From the sequence record PP993145.1: 64,000 nt of DNA; one strand, written 5' to 3'. The notes below the pieces were generated by a model, which did not search any database, was not told where the DNA came from, and saw only the letters and a list, made by a program, of their open reading frames with translations. This document shows, piece by piece, positions 1-9,378 of this stretch (the first letter of the stretch is position 1; each line of letters starts with the position of its first letter). The translations under genes and the position numbers were made by a program. This DNA is from Escherichia phage phiP4.

Positions 1-22
1 AGCGGCTAAAAAAGCACCGTTC

Positions 23-256
23 ATGATCAAAGGTTATATCGATACGCCGATTGGTCGCGTAGTAATCGCTAACCTGCTGAGTGTAGCGGTTGACCAGTAC
101 GCCCCGAGTAACCAGAAAGCGAAAGCGGTAGCGGGGGCGGCTATGGAAGCGGCAATGTTGGAAATGGTGCAAAGTTTTAACATCGCTGAGATGATCGATG
201 AAATGGTAAAAGGTATCGATATTTCTACTTTTACCAATAACACCGAAAACGAGTAA
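23..256 (+). CDS. hypothetical protein (77 aa)
   Basis: ORF track; upstream end of window, no recognisable motif. Confidence 0.4.
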   Translation: MIKGYIDTPIGRVVIANLLSVAVDQYAPSNQKAKAVAGAAMEAAMLEMVQSFNIAEMIDEMVKGIDISTFTNNTENE

Positions 257-376
257 TAACTAGCCCATTGTAAAGTTTTGTAAAGGCCGCCTTTTATGGT
301 GGCCTTTTTTGTTATAATGCCTTTACACCGTTTGAGGACGGTTGAAAATTTTCCCAAAAAATTTTGGAGGCTTAAA

Positions 377-607
377 ATGGTTGCTTTTTCTTCTTCTGAC
401 GCTCTTTTCACTGGAAAAGGCTGGGTATCAAATCGCTGGATTATTCAGGAAATGGTGCAAGAGTACGGCATTGCTAAAACTTATACTACCATTCAGGCGC
501 TTTATGATAATGATCAAATCGATCAGCAAACGGCGGGCTTTTTACTGGATACCCTGAAGGCGGAACACTGTACCAAAAAACAAGCCGCTAAAATTGTTTT
601 AATGTAA
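377..607 (+). CDS. hypothetical protein (about 76 aa; internal start of track ORF 296..607)
   Basis: GGAGG-type RBS a few nt upstream of ATG at 377. Confidence 0.4.
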   Translation: MVAFSSSDALFTGKGWVSNRWIIQEMVQEYGIAKTYTTIQALYDNDQIDQQTAGFLLDTLKAEHCTKKQAAKIVLM

Positions 608-656
608 TTAATAACGGGGCGAAAGTATCGCCCCACTAACTAGGGGAGTATCACAA

Positions 657-839
657 ATGATTATTTTTCGAGCTTTTTTAGCGGGTATCTTGGGAGCTAT
701 TTTGACCCTTTTCGCCACCGCTTACGGTATTCAGGATTCCTATTGCGGTTTGGTAAACACAAAACCTATGGTTACTATAGGCGCTGGTATCGCTGTATTT
801 TCTTATCTGCTGGGCTGCATGAATAGTAAAGGAGAATAA
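657..839 (+). CDS. small hydrophobic membrane protein (60 aa)
   Basis: ORF track; hydrophobic composition. Confidence 0.4.
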   Translation: MIIFRAFLAGILGAILTLFATAYGIQDSYCGLVNTKPMVTIGAGIAVFSYLLGCMNSKGE

Positions 840-841
840 AA

Positions 842-1054
842 ATGATCCGCAACGTTTCTCTTGCACGTTCGAAAGGTTTTAAGCTGGTGGACGCTAACAC
901 GTTCGAGCGTCCAGATTGCAAGATCGAATATGTAGCACGTAATAAAAATGCCTTTCGTGTTACCGAGAAAAAATTTGATAAGCGCGGCAACGTGATCCTT
1001 GAAACGGTTAGGCACTTTGCCACCTTTTACGCTGCATTTCGTGGGGTACTATGA
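842..1054 (+). CDS. hypothetical protein (70 aa)
   Basis: ORF track; tightly packed after previous ORF. Confidence 0.4.
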   Translation: MIRNVSLARSKGFKLVDANTFERPDCKIEYVARNKNAFRVTEKKFDKRGNVILETVRHFATFYAAFRGVL

Positions 1055-1290
1055 AAAGCGTTATTGTTGTTATCCTTGCAATGGCTGGCGGTTTTATCGC
1101 CACCTTATTTAAGAATGATCCCACTTCGTTGGGTATCTTTATGCTTTTATCGGGCTATCTGATCGGGAGGTTGTCAAATGATAGCGCAAATTAAAACGGC
1201 TTTTCGTTTTTGGGGCGTCCTGCCTTCAATTGGTTTTATTCTGATAATCATTAGTCAGCTAATGATTATCGTTGGCGTTATCTGGGAGCT

Positions 1291-1641
1291 ATGCAAATGA
1301 TCATTTACGAGGGCAATCGCTTTGTTGCTAATTGCCGCCCGGCATTGTTAGCAAACTATTTAAACCAGCTTTCACCAGCTTATAAGGGCGTTATTAATAT
1401 TTACGAGGGCAAGGCGCATTATAAAATCAATGCGGTCGTTGCCCGTGAACTAGCGTTTCAATTTTTAACCTTTGCATCTTGCGACGTTCAGGTTATGGGT
1501 GAGGCGTTAATTGCAGAAAATGAAGACGATTTTATTAATATTTTCCGTAAGGTATGCACCGAGCGCCTGATAATCAAAGGCGCATATATTCAATCCACGG
1601 CTGATAGTATTGAAACAGCGTTTCGAAAGGTGGCGCAATGA
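1291..1641 (+). CDS. hypothetical protein (116 aa)
   Basis: ORF track. Confidence 0.45.
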   Translation: MQMIIYEGNRFVANCRPALLANYLNQLSPAYKGVINIYEGKAHYKINAVVARELAFQFLTFASCDVQVMGEALIAENEDDFINIFRKVCTERLIIKGAYIQSTADSIETAFRKVAQ

Positions 1642-2017
1642 AACGATGGTTTAATCACTGGTACAAGCGGTTTTTAGTACGCCGTCGCAAGTCTAGGCAT
1701 CAAGATGAGTGGCGGGAGTGGGCAAAGCGTAACGGTTGCCCACTAATATAATAATCACGGGGCGCAACTATCAGGGAGTGCCCCCAATTTTCAAATGATA
1801 ATCATTCTCATTTGACCGCGCCCGCGATGGTTAGCCTGCTAATGGTTCGGGTGTTACGTGTCGCCTTGTGTGATCGTTAGCTCGCTAACTAATTTTCAAG
1901 CCTCCTCCAATTTTGCCCTTGTTTTAGTATCCCCACCAAAATTAAACGCGTTAGAATGCGTTTGAGAGCGTTTTAACGCTATATTAGAATTATTCGCTGC
2001 GTAGGAATACTGTATAT

Positions 2018-2117
2018 TTATCCAGTAGGATAAGCTGTGGATAAGTCTGTTAATAACGCCTCAAAATGGCTAGGGTTTTGTCAAGTCAAATCGTGCTGTT
2101 AATAAGTCTGTGGATAA
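2018..2117. promoter_or_regulatory. DnaA-box cluster: two perfect TGTGGATAA boxes (2036..2044, 2109..2117) plus a near-box TTATCCAGT (2018..2026)
   Basis: Exact 9-mer matches to the DnaA box consensus TTATCCACA (reverse complement) read directly. Confidence 0.6.
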
Positions 2118-2149
2118 CTTAAATAACAGTGTTTCTCACTTCCGTTCTT

Positions 2150-2350
2150 AAATGAGAATCATTATCATTTGTATTTCACTATCTAACTAATAATCATTCC
2201 ACTATCTAACTAATAATCATTCCACTTTCTAAATGAGAATCATTCCGCTTTTTAAATGAGAATCATTTCACTTTTTAAATGAGATTGATTCTCATTTCAC
2301 TTTCTAAATGCGAATTATTATCATTCTCATTCCGCTTTTTAAATGAGAAT
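2150..2350. repeat. cluster of palindromic iterons (AAATGAGAATCATT-type units, about 5 direct copies, plus tandem 24-bp units 2176..2223)
   Basis: Repeated units read directly; a related palindrome also at 1791..1813. Confidence 0.6.
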
Positions 2351-2400
2351 GATTCTTATTATCATTCGTATTTAGCGCAGAGCAATTGCTCTGCGCTTTT

Positions 2401-3000
2401 GTGCAAATCCGACATTGCTCCACGGGTGTTACGTGCGGGCGTGTATGTGCGAATCCGACAATTTTTGGTAGTGTGCAAATCCGACCCGAAAAATTTTTAT
2501 AGTGTGCAAATCCGACAATGAATTTTCCTAAAAACTCCAGCAATCCGATGCTGCGCATCAATCCTGTGGAATTAGCTAGAGTATGTGCAAATCCGACATG
2601 GGTTTATTTGTGCGAATCCGACAAGATTTTTGTGACTTCGATTGGAGGGTGTGTGATTGTGTGGGTTTGGGGAGAAGTTGAGAGAGCGAGAGAAAATAAG
2701 AGGAGAAGCTAGAGGGGCAGCAGTGGTGGCGTGCAACGCCTGATTTGCTGCGTTTTTGGGGAGAGTTGAAAAGATTTGGGTTAATTTGAGATTAGTGGAG
2801 ATAAAGTAAAATTTTATTAGCAAAATGGGGCAAAATAGCTTGACAAGTGAAAATTTCTGTGGCTCTAAAAACTCAGGCAATCACGGGCCTTCGGCCCGAA
2901 ATAATGCTGCCATTTTCAGGAGATTATATGTTCCTAAAAACTTAGGCAATTGTGCAAATCCGACCATAAATTTCTAGAAACACAATGTGCAAATCCGACA
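2401..3000 (+). repeat. eight same-orientation copies of the 14-bp motif GTGC(A/G)AATCCGACA at about 2401, 2448, 2474, 2504, 2585, 2600, 2953, 2987
   Basis: Motif copies read directly; irregular spacing of 15..350 bp; no ORF support. Confidence 0.6.
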
Positions 3001-3473
3001 GTAATTTCTGGAAATGTGTTTTCAAAAAATGTCTCCTAGAAATAACCGCCCTCCCCATAACCGCCCTGTATTAAACCGCCTAGTATATGTTCCTAGAAAC
3101 TTGGGAGAACCGCCCACTAGAAGCGTGAGATCTCGTGAGTATTTCGTGAGAACTCTGGAGTTTCTAGGAAAGTGTTGTGCCATCCTAGCAGATGAGCGGC
3201 AACCGGTGTATCATCTTGAATGTAAATTATGTGGTCAAAAGTTTTACCTTTAATTTAAGTATAAGATCCCCCAAGATTGGAAGAGATGCTCCACCCCTGG
3301 GATACGAATTGCGTGAGATGGTACAAAACTTCTTAAGATTTCCCTAGTCCTTCGACAAGCTACGGGGGAAATAGAAGTTTCCCATCCACCATCCGTATCC
3401 GGGTGGATCTCTTTATTCTATGTTATTTCATAGAGTTATTATAACATGCAGAAATCATAACGTCAAGTAGAGT

Positions 3474-4364
3474 TTATTCATCGAACATGAGATTTCCTTT
3501 CATCCCCATCTCCGCATACTCCATGAGTTCTTTGATGGATCTCACGGGGTAATCTACTTTACTAAAGTTATCATAGATCTTACATGAACTCTCATACAAC
3601 TCGTTAGGTATCTGCAATTTGTTATCTGTTAGCTTCTCATAACGTGCAGAAGAATTTGTACCGTCAAACAGAACTGCGATAACTGCGGCGATTTGTTTAG
3701 TAAGATCATCTGCTCCTAGAATTATTCTATTAATAGCAATCGTTACTTCATGCTTAGGTTTAGCAGGTGGAAGGATAGGTTTGAGATCCTTAGGTAAAGG
3801 TTCTGTTCCTAGGAATCCTTCTTTTGTGCGGAACCAATAATTATCTAGATCAGATATCGTCTTAGACTTATTCCAAATAGTGAAGCAGGGTTTATTTCCT
3901 TCACGATCTCTGTATTCACGAATTGGAAGGTAATGATCAGGGAATGAATTGAGTGCATCATGCATCGGTGAGCCTGTCTTTTTGAATGACAAACCATACA
4001 ACTCATTATAATTCATAACTTCATCTTCGTAAACATGGAAATCTTTATATGCTGGAAGATTAAACCATTCCTGAAGTGAATGAACTGCAAAACGTTGTGC
4101 CCAAGCATGCATCACTAGAACTCTGTATTCTTTTACTTCATCTTTTGGAGAAGTACCTTTAGCTGTTCTAGCTGAACGAATACAGAACATCTCAACAACA
4201 CGTTTCTCATTTAAAGAGAGTTCAGAATAACAACGTTCATGGCAACCTTCTAGCATTTCTAGAAGTTCACGTAGTTTCTCTACATCGACCGGTGGAAAAG
4301 GTCTTTCTTCAACTGCGAATTTACCAGTTACACCTTTTGGTTTTCTATTACTATAAAATCCCAT
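3474..4364 (-). CDS. hypothetical protein (296 aa)
   Basis: ORF track; first gene of the minus-strand block. Confidence 0.55.
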   Translation of the reverse strand: MGFYSNRKPKGVTGKFAVEERPFPPVDVEKLRELLEMLEGCHERCYSELSLNEKRVVEMFCIRSARTAKGTSPKDEVKEYRVLVMHAWAQRFAVHSLQEWFNLPAYKDFHVYEDEVMNYNELYGLSFKKTGSPMHDALNSFPDHYLPIREYRDREGNKPCFTIWNKSKTISDLDNYWFRTKEGFLGTEPLPKDLKPILPPAKPKHEVTIAINRIILGADDLTKQIAAVIAVLFDGTNSSARYEKLTDNKLQIPNELYESSCKIYDNFSKVDYPVRSIKELMEYAEMGMKGNLMFDE

Positions 4365-4966
4365 TAATTACCTCTCTTATCTTCATTAATAGCAGCTCCC
4401 AACGCTTCAAGGATAGCATCACTCATACTCCCAGGCTTAAGATTATTAAAGTGAGTAACATAAATGGGACTTCTAAAACCCTTAGCATCCGCAGGTGCTA
4501 CGCTTCGCATATCAGATTCAAAAGCTTCTTGAGTGTGTTTCAACTGTACAGAAGGGCCGTAATCTTCCCCAAACTTATATGACTGCGTACTACTTACCAC
4601 ACTCCCACAAGGAACATTGTGCAAATCCGGTGATTTATTTAGCATTGAGATTGTCCCTGACTGCCACGGATCTCTAATAGTCACTGGAGTACTAGGGCGG
4701 TTCACCTCAGTCTTCACAAGTTTATATCCTGCATCGATTAATACGTTAATTAGATTATCAGCTGGGATGCGAGCCTTACCAAAAATCTTACGAGCATCTT
4801 CGAGCTTATCCTCAAGATCTTTACACGCTCTAAGGTCAGTGTGTGCAAATGTTAGCTTCATGGATTTGAATTGTACAGTAGCAGTTAGATCTTTAAAGCT
4901 ATAATCCCATGTGTTCAGTTCATGGTCTGGTACTACTTGAATAGATTGTTGTACATTAAAAGTCAT
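4364..4966 (-). CDS. hypothetical protein (200 aa)
   Basis: ORF track; stop/start junction with neighbours. Confidence 0.55.
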   Translation of the reverse strand: MTFNVQQSIQVVPDHELNTWDYSFKDLTATVQFKSMKLTFAHTDLRACKDLEDKLEDARKIFGKARIPADNLINVLIDAGYKLVKTEVNRPSTPVTIRDPWQSGTISMLNKSPDLHNVPCGSVVSSTQSYKFGEDYGPSVQLKHTQEAFESDMRSVAPADAKGFRSPIYVTHFNNLKPGSMSDAILEALGAAINEDKRGN

Positions 4967-5151
4967 TATTTATTCTCCAGTTTGTCTAATAGCTTATGAG
5001 CTGCTAGATTATATTGTTTGAGTTCACGATTAAGGATTTGATTCTCACACTTTAGCTCTAGATTCTTATTATTAAGAATATTGCAGATTAGTAGAAGTGC
5101 TAATATTAGTAACAGAGAACCTACGAGCATTAAAAGAAAAAGAGTTTCCAT
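4966..5151 (-). CDS. small membrane protein (61 aa)
   Basis: ORF track; hydrophobic N-terminus. Confidence 0.45.
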   Translation of the reverse strand: METLFLLMLVGSLLLILALLLICNILNNKNLELKCENQILNRELKQYNLAAHKLLDKLENK

Positions 5152-5591
5152 TATTTTATCTCCATTCTTAACTTTGAAAACTTATTATACCAAACTATAT
5201 GATTATCGTCAATTACAAATTTATGATAACATGCTGGTACGGTATAAGTTCCATAATCTGTGACACGCTGCACAACCTTGTGTGCACACAGTCGACAACC
5301 ATGCCCTTCTAAATGAGATCTAGCAGTTTGCCAGTAATAACCATCATGATCTGGACAATAGATCTCGACTTGCTGTTGCATTGTTTTGTAATTTACACGC
5401 TCATATCCAAAGAAAGCTCCATGAACTGCAACAGCTTTCTTGATAAATATAAGGTTTAGTGCTTCTTGTTGAAAGTCGGGATGTAGCTGCTTAATCTTAG
5501 TTCTATTAATAGATCCATCCGATTTGATGAACCTATTTATTGGAAAGTTGTTAGCTTCCTCGATTAGTAATTCATTTACTTTTTCTCTCAT
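5151..5591 (-). CDS. hypothetical Cys/His-containing protein (track ORF 5151..5693; start moved to ATG at 5591)
   Basis: Track ORF overlaps the upstream ORF by 100 nt; internal ATG at 5589..5591 removes the overlap. Confidence 0.45.
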   Translation of the reverse strand: MREKVNELLIEEANNFPINRFIKSDGSINRTKIKQLHPDFQQEALNLIFIKKAVAVHGAFFGYERVNYKTMQQQVEIYCPDHDGYYWQTARSHLEGHGCRLCAHKVVQRVTDYGTYTVPACYHKFVIDDNHIVWYNKFSKLRMEIK

Positions 5592-5592
5592 A

Positions 5593-5817
5593 TTATATAC
5601 TCTCACAGCTAAGGTAAAAACATTCGTAAGCATCACCAGTAAACTCTTTATCTTGTAGTATACATTTAGCCTGGTCTTCTGGTACTCCGGCATCTAATAA
5701 TTGTTGTTTACTTGGCTTTTCAGCGAATACTTTTACAAAATATTCACCATCCTGATTATACTCATTTATATCTCTAGTAAGGACATATAATTGCATCTGA
5801 AGTTCCTTGAAACACAA
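5593..5817 (-). CDS. hypothetical protein (74 aa)
   Basis: ORF track. Confidence 0.4.
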   Translation of the reverse strand: MCFKELQMQLYVLTRDINEYNQDGEYFVKVFAEKPSKQQLLDAGVPEDQAKCILQDKEFTGDAYECFYLSCESI

Positions 5818-5850
5818 AAGGCCAGAACAATTAAGTCCTGGCCTCTAGAA

Positions 5851-6222
5851 TTAATGAAGTTGTTTACCACTTCTTAAAATAGTGGCCGTTTCCATAAGAT
5901 TTAACGTTGTATCACGCTTTTTGATTTGTTTGTCGAGTTCATCGGTACGTTTGCCAATGTAAGCGTTAATAGCCATATTCATAGCGGAGGCGAGATCTTC
6001 TTTGGTTATCTCTTCGTCATCTAAGGCTAATTTAGCCAAAGAATCGAAAGTACTAGAAAGTCCTATAAGATCAGAAGCTTCCCCAGCCAAAATAGGGTTA
6101 ACATTATCTATTGTTACTTCTAGCATAGAGTTAACAATATCTTCTCCGTCTACTAGACCAGATTCAATATTACTCTCCCATTCCTTCATCTGCTCCAGCA
6201 ATGGATTTTTCTTTTCTGTCAT
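5851..6222 (-). CDS. hypothetical acidic protein (123 aa)
   Basis: ORF track. Confidence 0.5.
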   Translation of the reverse strand: MTEKKNPLLEQMKEWESNIESGLVDGEDIVNSMLEVTIDNVNPILAGEASDLIGLSSTFDSLAKLALDDEEITKEDLASAMNMAINAYIGKRTDELDKQIKKRDTTLNLMETATILRSGKQLH

Positions 6223-6631
6223 GGTAGAGGTTTCCTGTGTCAGTTGGTAAGAAGGACGATTGAGCTTTAGGCGGATGTTGTTTAGTAATCCAGTTAAGAA
6301 TCAGTACACGACTAGGAACAATATCAGTGTTGCACCAAAAATCATGAACCCATTGACGAGCATCCTCAAACTTACCAAATTTATATGCTTTCTTAAATAA
6401 TTCAAACCCAAAACAATCTGGTGTAAAGTCTACTTCACGATATTGAATTACTTTAGAACCAGTTAGGTCTTGGATCGCTGCATTAATTTCTGTATGCGAG
6501 AATTTTGTTTCGTGAAACTTATTAAAGAATCGGTAGTTGAAGCGTCCGTTCGTTTCGACAAACAACTGGATGAAGAGATCGTTAAATTGGTTATCAAACC
6601 AGTAATTCTGTAGTTGTTGTAGTGCTGTCAT
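6170..6631 (-). CDS. hypothetical protein (153 aa)
   Basis: ORF track. Confidence 0.5.
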   Translation of the reverse strand: MTALQQLQNYWFDNQFNDLFIQLFVETNGRFNYRFFNKFHETKFSHTEINAAIQDLTGSKVIQYREVDFTPDCFGFELFKKAYKFGKFEDARQWVHDFWCNTDIVPSRVLILNWITKQHPPKAQSSFLPTDTGNLYHDRKEKSIAGADEGMGE

Positions 6632-6828
6632 TTACGAACTCCGTTAATTGCCACGATGATGCCTTCGTACATAAAAGGAAGTAGCCCAGAAGTATAGAAG
6701 ATATTTTCCGTTATTCCTAGATGTCGAAAAAGTATATTAAATAACGCTGTTAGAAATACAATCTGAGGCAGTAATACAAAATATTCAGTTACAATCTTTG
6801 GTGCCTGATAAACAAGACGTTTTATCAT
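6628..6828 (-). CDS. small membrane protein (66 aa)
   Basis: ORF track; hydrophobic. Confidence 0.4.
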   Translation of the reverse strand: MIKRLVYQAPKIVTEYFVLLPQIVFLTALFNILFRHLGITENIFYTSGLLPFMYEGIIVAINGVRK

Positions 6829-6927
6829 TGTTTTTAAGTCTCCTTATTACTTTGGCCTGCTCCACAATAATAAAAACTGCAAGCACTAATAGTGCTATTA
6901 GCCCAGCAGTAACTGGTACTAAATCAA

Positions 6928-7254
6928 TCATGGGAGACGCCACACGTAATTAGCTGTCTGTAGGATCTTAGTGGTATCATCATGGTACATTACTACAGAC
7001 TTTGGTGAATAGCTATCAGCTAGTTCTTTACGAATCATTTCACACTCTTCACCAGTATCAATATTTTTAACTATCACTTTCATATTAAGTGGTGTTAATA
7101 CAGAAAGTGGTTTCCAAGAGTCCTCAATTTCAATCCCTACCTTTTTCTCGATTAACATGAGGACTTCTAATGTATCGTCCGGAATACTAATATTATTATT
7201 CACAAACTGTAATATCTCATGTAAGGTATTTAATTCATTAAAATTAAGCTTCAT
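6928..7254 (-). CDS. hypothetical protein (108 aa)
   Basis: ORF track. Confidence 0.5.
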   Translation of the reverse strand: MKLNFNELNTLHEILQFVNNNISIPDDTLEVLMLIEKKVGIEIEDSWKPLSVLTPLNMKVIVKNIDTGEECEMIRKELADSYSPKSVVMYHDDTTKILQTANYVWRLP

Positions 7255-7489
7255 CTTTAAGAATATCCTCTACCATATCACAAGACTGTTGCAATTCATC
7301 CGCAATTCGTTTAATATCGGTTTTTGTTACTTTACCAACTAACATCACCAGTAACATAGAAAAGATAATAAGTGGAACTGGAATAACAAATAAAGCTACC
7401 TTAACAACATTCTTTGGTGCCCATGTGTGGTACTTAGTAACCAGTACACCAACCACAATTAGATAAAACGCTAGAATAAACATCATCAT
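7244..7489 (-). CDS. membrane protein (81 aa)
   Basis: ORF track; two hydrophobic segments. Confidence 0.45.
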   Translation of the reverse strand: MMMFILAFYLIVVGVLVTKYHTWAPKNVVKVALFVIPVPLIIFSMLLVMLVGKVTKTDIKRIADELQQSCDMVEDILKDEA

Positions 7490-7767
7490 TTTTTAATCTC
7501 CGTAATTATCTGTGCACGCATTACTTTATTAGGTAATTTTGTATTCCCAGCTATTGCTTCAATATTGTTTAGTTTTTCTTTTAGAATATCTGAGCGTCTT
7601 TGCGCTAGTTCAATATCTTGTTCTTGTTCTATTAAGCGACAGTGGAGTCCACTATTAGTAATAAGCATACTCTCCATGTTTTTTCGTATGCTTACAATAC
7701 CAATAACCCCACCAATCGCTGCTAGTGTCATAAGCACTAGCAATCCAATGAGAATTTCAATTAACAT
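7486..7767 (-). CDS. membrane protein with N-terminal TM segment (93 aa)
   Basis: ORF track. Confidence 0.45.
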   Translation of the reverse strand: MLIEILIGLLVLMTLAAIGGVIGIVSIRKNMESMLITNSGLHCRLIEQEQDIELAQRRSDILKEKLNNIEAIAGNTKLPNKVMRAQIITEIKK

Positions 7768-7930
7768 TAAATACCCCTACATTTTTCGTTATCCGGGACT
7801 AATTTACACATTTCTACATTTAACTCATGGAGAGATTTGTCTACCTCAGTTAAGTGTACGTTAAGAGCAACTATATTATATATTAGTGTTCCTATAAGGA
7901 ATGACAGTATTGAAATTGATACCCTTTCCA

Positions 7931-8200
7931 TTATTTCTTACCTTTCAGTTGCTTAACTTCACGCTCAAAAGATGCTGCACGACGTTCGGCAGTTGCCTGA
8001 TGTTCTTTCGCAAAACGTGCTTCCTGTTTTGCTAGGTTGAACGCCATAGCATTCTTATTCAGGGAATCATACATCTTTTTCATTGCCGGGATAGACATCT
8101 TCATGAGCTGGCCTTCAAAACCCTGCATGTCGAGGAGAATTGCCAGAACGTTAGCCATTTCATTTTTAGTCATGTTTTCCATTAGAATTTCCTCTCTCAT
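7931..8200 (-). CDS. hypothetical protein (89 aa)
   Basis: ORF track; promoter 8215..8243 immediately upstream. Confidence 0.5.
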   Translation of the reverse strand: MREEILMENMTKNEMANVLAILLDMQGFEGQLMKMSIPAMKKMYDSLNKNAMAFNLAKQEARFAKEHQATAERRAASFEREVKQLKGKK

Positions 8201-8214
8201 TAACTTATGAACTT

Positions 8215-8243
8215 ATTATACAGAATTTTAAGGCTTAAAGCAA
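8215..8243 (-). promoter_or_regulatory. sigma70-type early promoter (TTGCTT-N17-TATAAT on minus strand)
   Basis: -10 complement ATTATA at 8215..8220, -35 complement AAGCAA at 8238..8243, 17-nt spacer. Confidence 0.6.
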
Positions 8244-8260
8244 CTGAATTTTTTAATTAC

Positions 8261-8689
8261 TTACCAATCGTTAACGAAACCTGAGAACTCAGAAGCCAAT
8301 ACTTGCTCAAATTTTTCTGCAATTTCAGGATGATTTTTGCAAATCAGTTCAATGCACGCTTCTGGCGTCATCCCATCATCTTCAGGATTACCATAGTATT
8401 TATCCCAAAGATCATCAGGAATGATGCGTTCAGCGAGGTCTTGGAAATAAACTGCCTGATACCGTGGAGCCTCTTCAGCAAAAAGTTCTTCGATCTCTTC
8501 GTCTGCCTCACCTCTGTAATCTGCCATTAATAGGGCATCAGTTGCGTAACATTCCCAGACCATCAAGCGTTCAGAGATAGGGTTAGACTTATCCTGAACG
8601 TAGGACTGGAACAAGGTTCGGAAAGTTGCCTTAACTTGTTCAAACTTATCTGCTGCTGCGAAAACTAGAGCTTTATCAACTTTGTTCAT
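8261..8689 (-). CDS. hypothetical acidic protein (142 aa)
   Basis: ORF track; promoter 8720..8748 upstream. Confidence 0.5.
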   Translation of the reverse strand: MNKVDKALVFAAADKFEQVKATFRTLFQSYVQDKSNPISERLMVWECYATDALLMADYRGEADEEIEELFAEEAPRYQAVYFQDLAERIIPDDLWDKYYGNPEDDGMTPEACIELICKNHPEIAEKFEQVLASEFSGFVNDW

Positions 8690-8719
8690 TTTGATTCCTT
8701 CTAATCAATTTATAAAGTA

Positions 8720-8748
8720 ATTATACAGAAACTTAAGCATTTTAGCAA
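8720..8748 (-). promoter_or_regulatory. sigma70-type early promoter (TTGCTA-N17-TATAAT)
   Basis: Hexamers and 17-nt spacer read directly. Confidence 0.6.
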
Positions 8749-8856
8749 ATAAAACTTTTAATTAAAATGCCTAATCCCGTGCCAATAGCAATACAAATGA
8801 TTATAAGTATTGCTATCGCTTGTATGACTCGTTTAATAATAGCCTCAGCTATATAC

Positions 8857-9378
8857 TTAGACATTTAACATCCAGCTAGTTTTATCATGTGAGGTATACT
8901 TACCACTCATGATGTCTTCCAGACGTACTGGTGATTTTGCATATTCGACACAAACGTTAATATAACGAGGATCCCCCATTAGCTCAAAGTGAGTATGCCC
9001 ATGTAAATTCTTCTTACCTCTCAGCTCCCCATGGTGTATTGGAGCATGGGAAAGCCAGAAGTTTTTATACTTAACTAGTGATTGTACGTTATCTACAACC
9101 CCTATTAAGTCTTTGAAAGATAATCCTTCTCGTTCTAAGTCGTGGTTTCCCAAAACTAACGTAGTTCTAACATTGCCAAAGAGTTTTTCGAACTTTTCCA
9201 AACCATTTCTAGATACAAATGCGTCTCCTAAAATATAGAATACTGTACGCTTATCTTTCACGGATGTAATAGTATCCATAATAAATTCGTCATGCTCTTC
9301 CATAGTAGAGAAGATTGGTCTGAATTTAGTAATATTTGCATGCCCCAAGTGGAGATCACTCCAAAAACAAACTTTCAT
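8857..9378 (-). CDS. calcineurin-like metallophosphoesterase (173 aa)
   Basis: Motifs GDAF..., GNHD, GHTH typical of the metallophosphatase fold. Confidence 0.65.
   Translation of the reverse strand: MKVCFWSDLHLGHANITKFRPIFSTMEEHDEFIMDTITSVKDKRTVFYILGDAFVSRNGLEKFEKLFGNVRTTLVLGNHDLEREGLSFKDLIGVVDNVQSLVKYKNFWLSHAPIHHGELRGKKNLHGHTHFELMGDPRYINVCVEYAKSPVRLEDIMSGKYTSHDKTSWMLNV

Noticed and set aside
296-607. Alternative overlapping frames 296..607 and 342..557
   Set aside because: Only the ATG at 377 has a GGAGG RBS; the other frame is hydrophobic low-complexity and likely spurious.
2401-3000. Possible CRISPR array (repeated 14-bp motif)
   Set aside because: The repeats are too short, irregularly spaced (15 to 350 bp) and partly degenerate, with no cas genes and no regular spacer structure.
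3014-3253. Plus-strand ORF of 79 aa in the repeat region
   Set aside because: It is Arg/Pro-rich, overlaps copies of the repeated motif and palindromes, and has no RBS; more likely non-coding.
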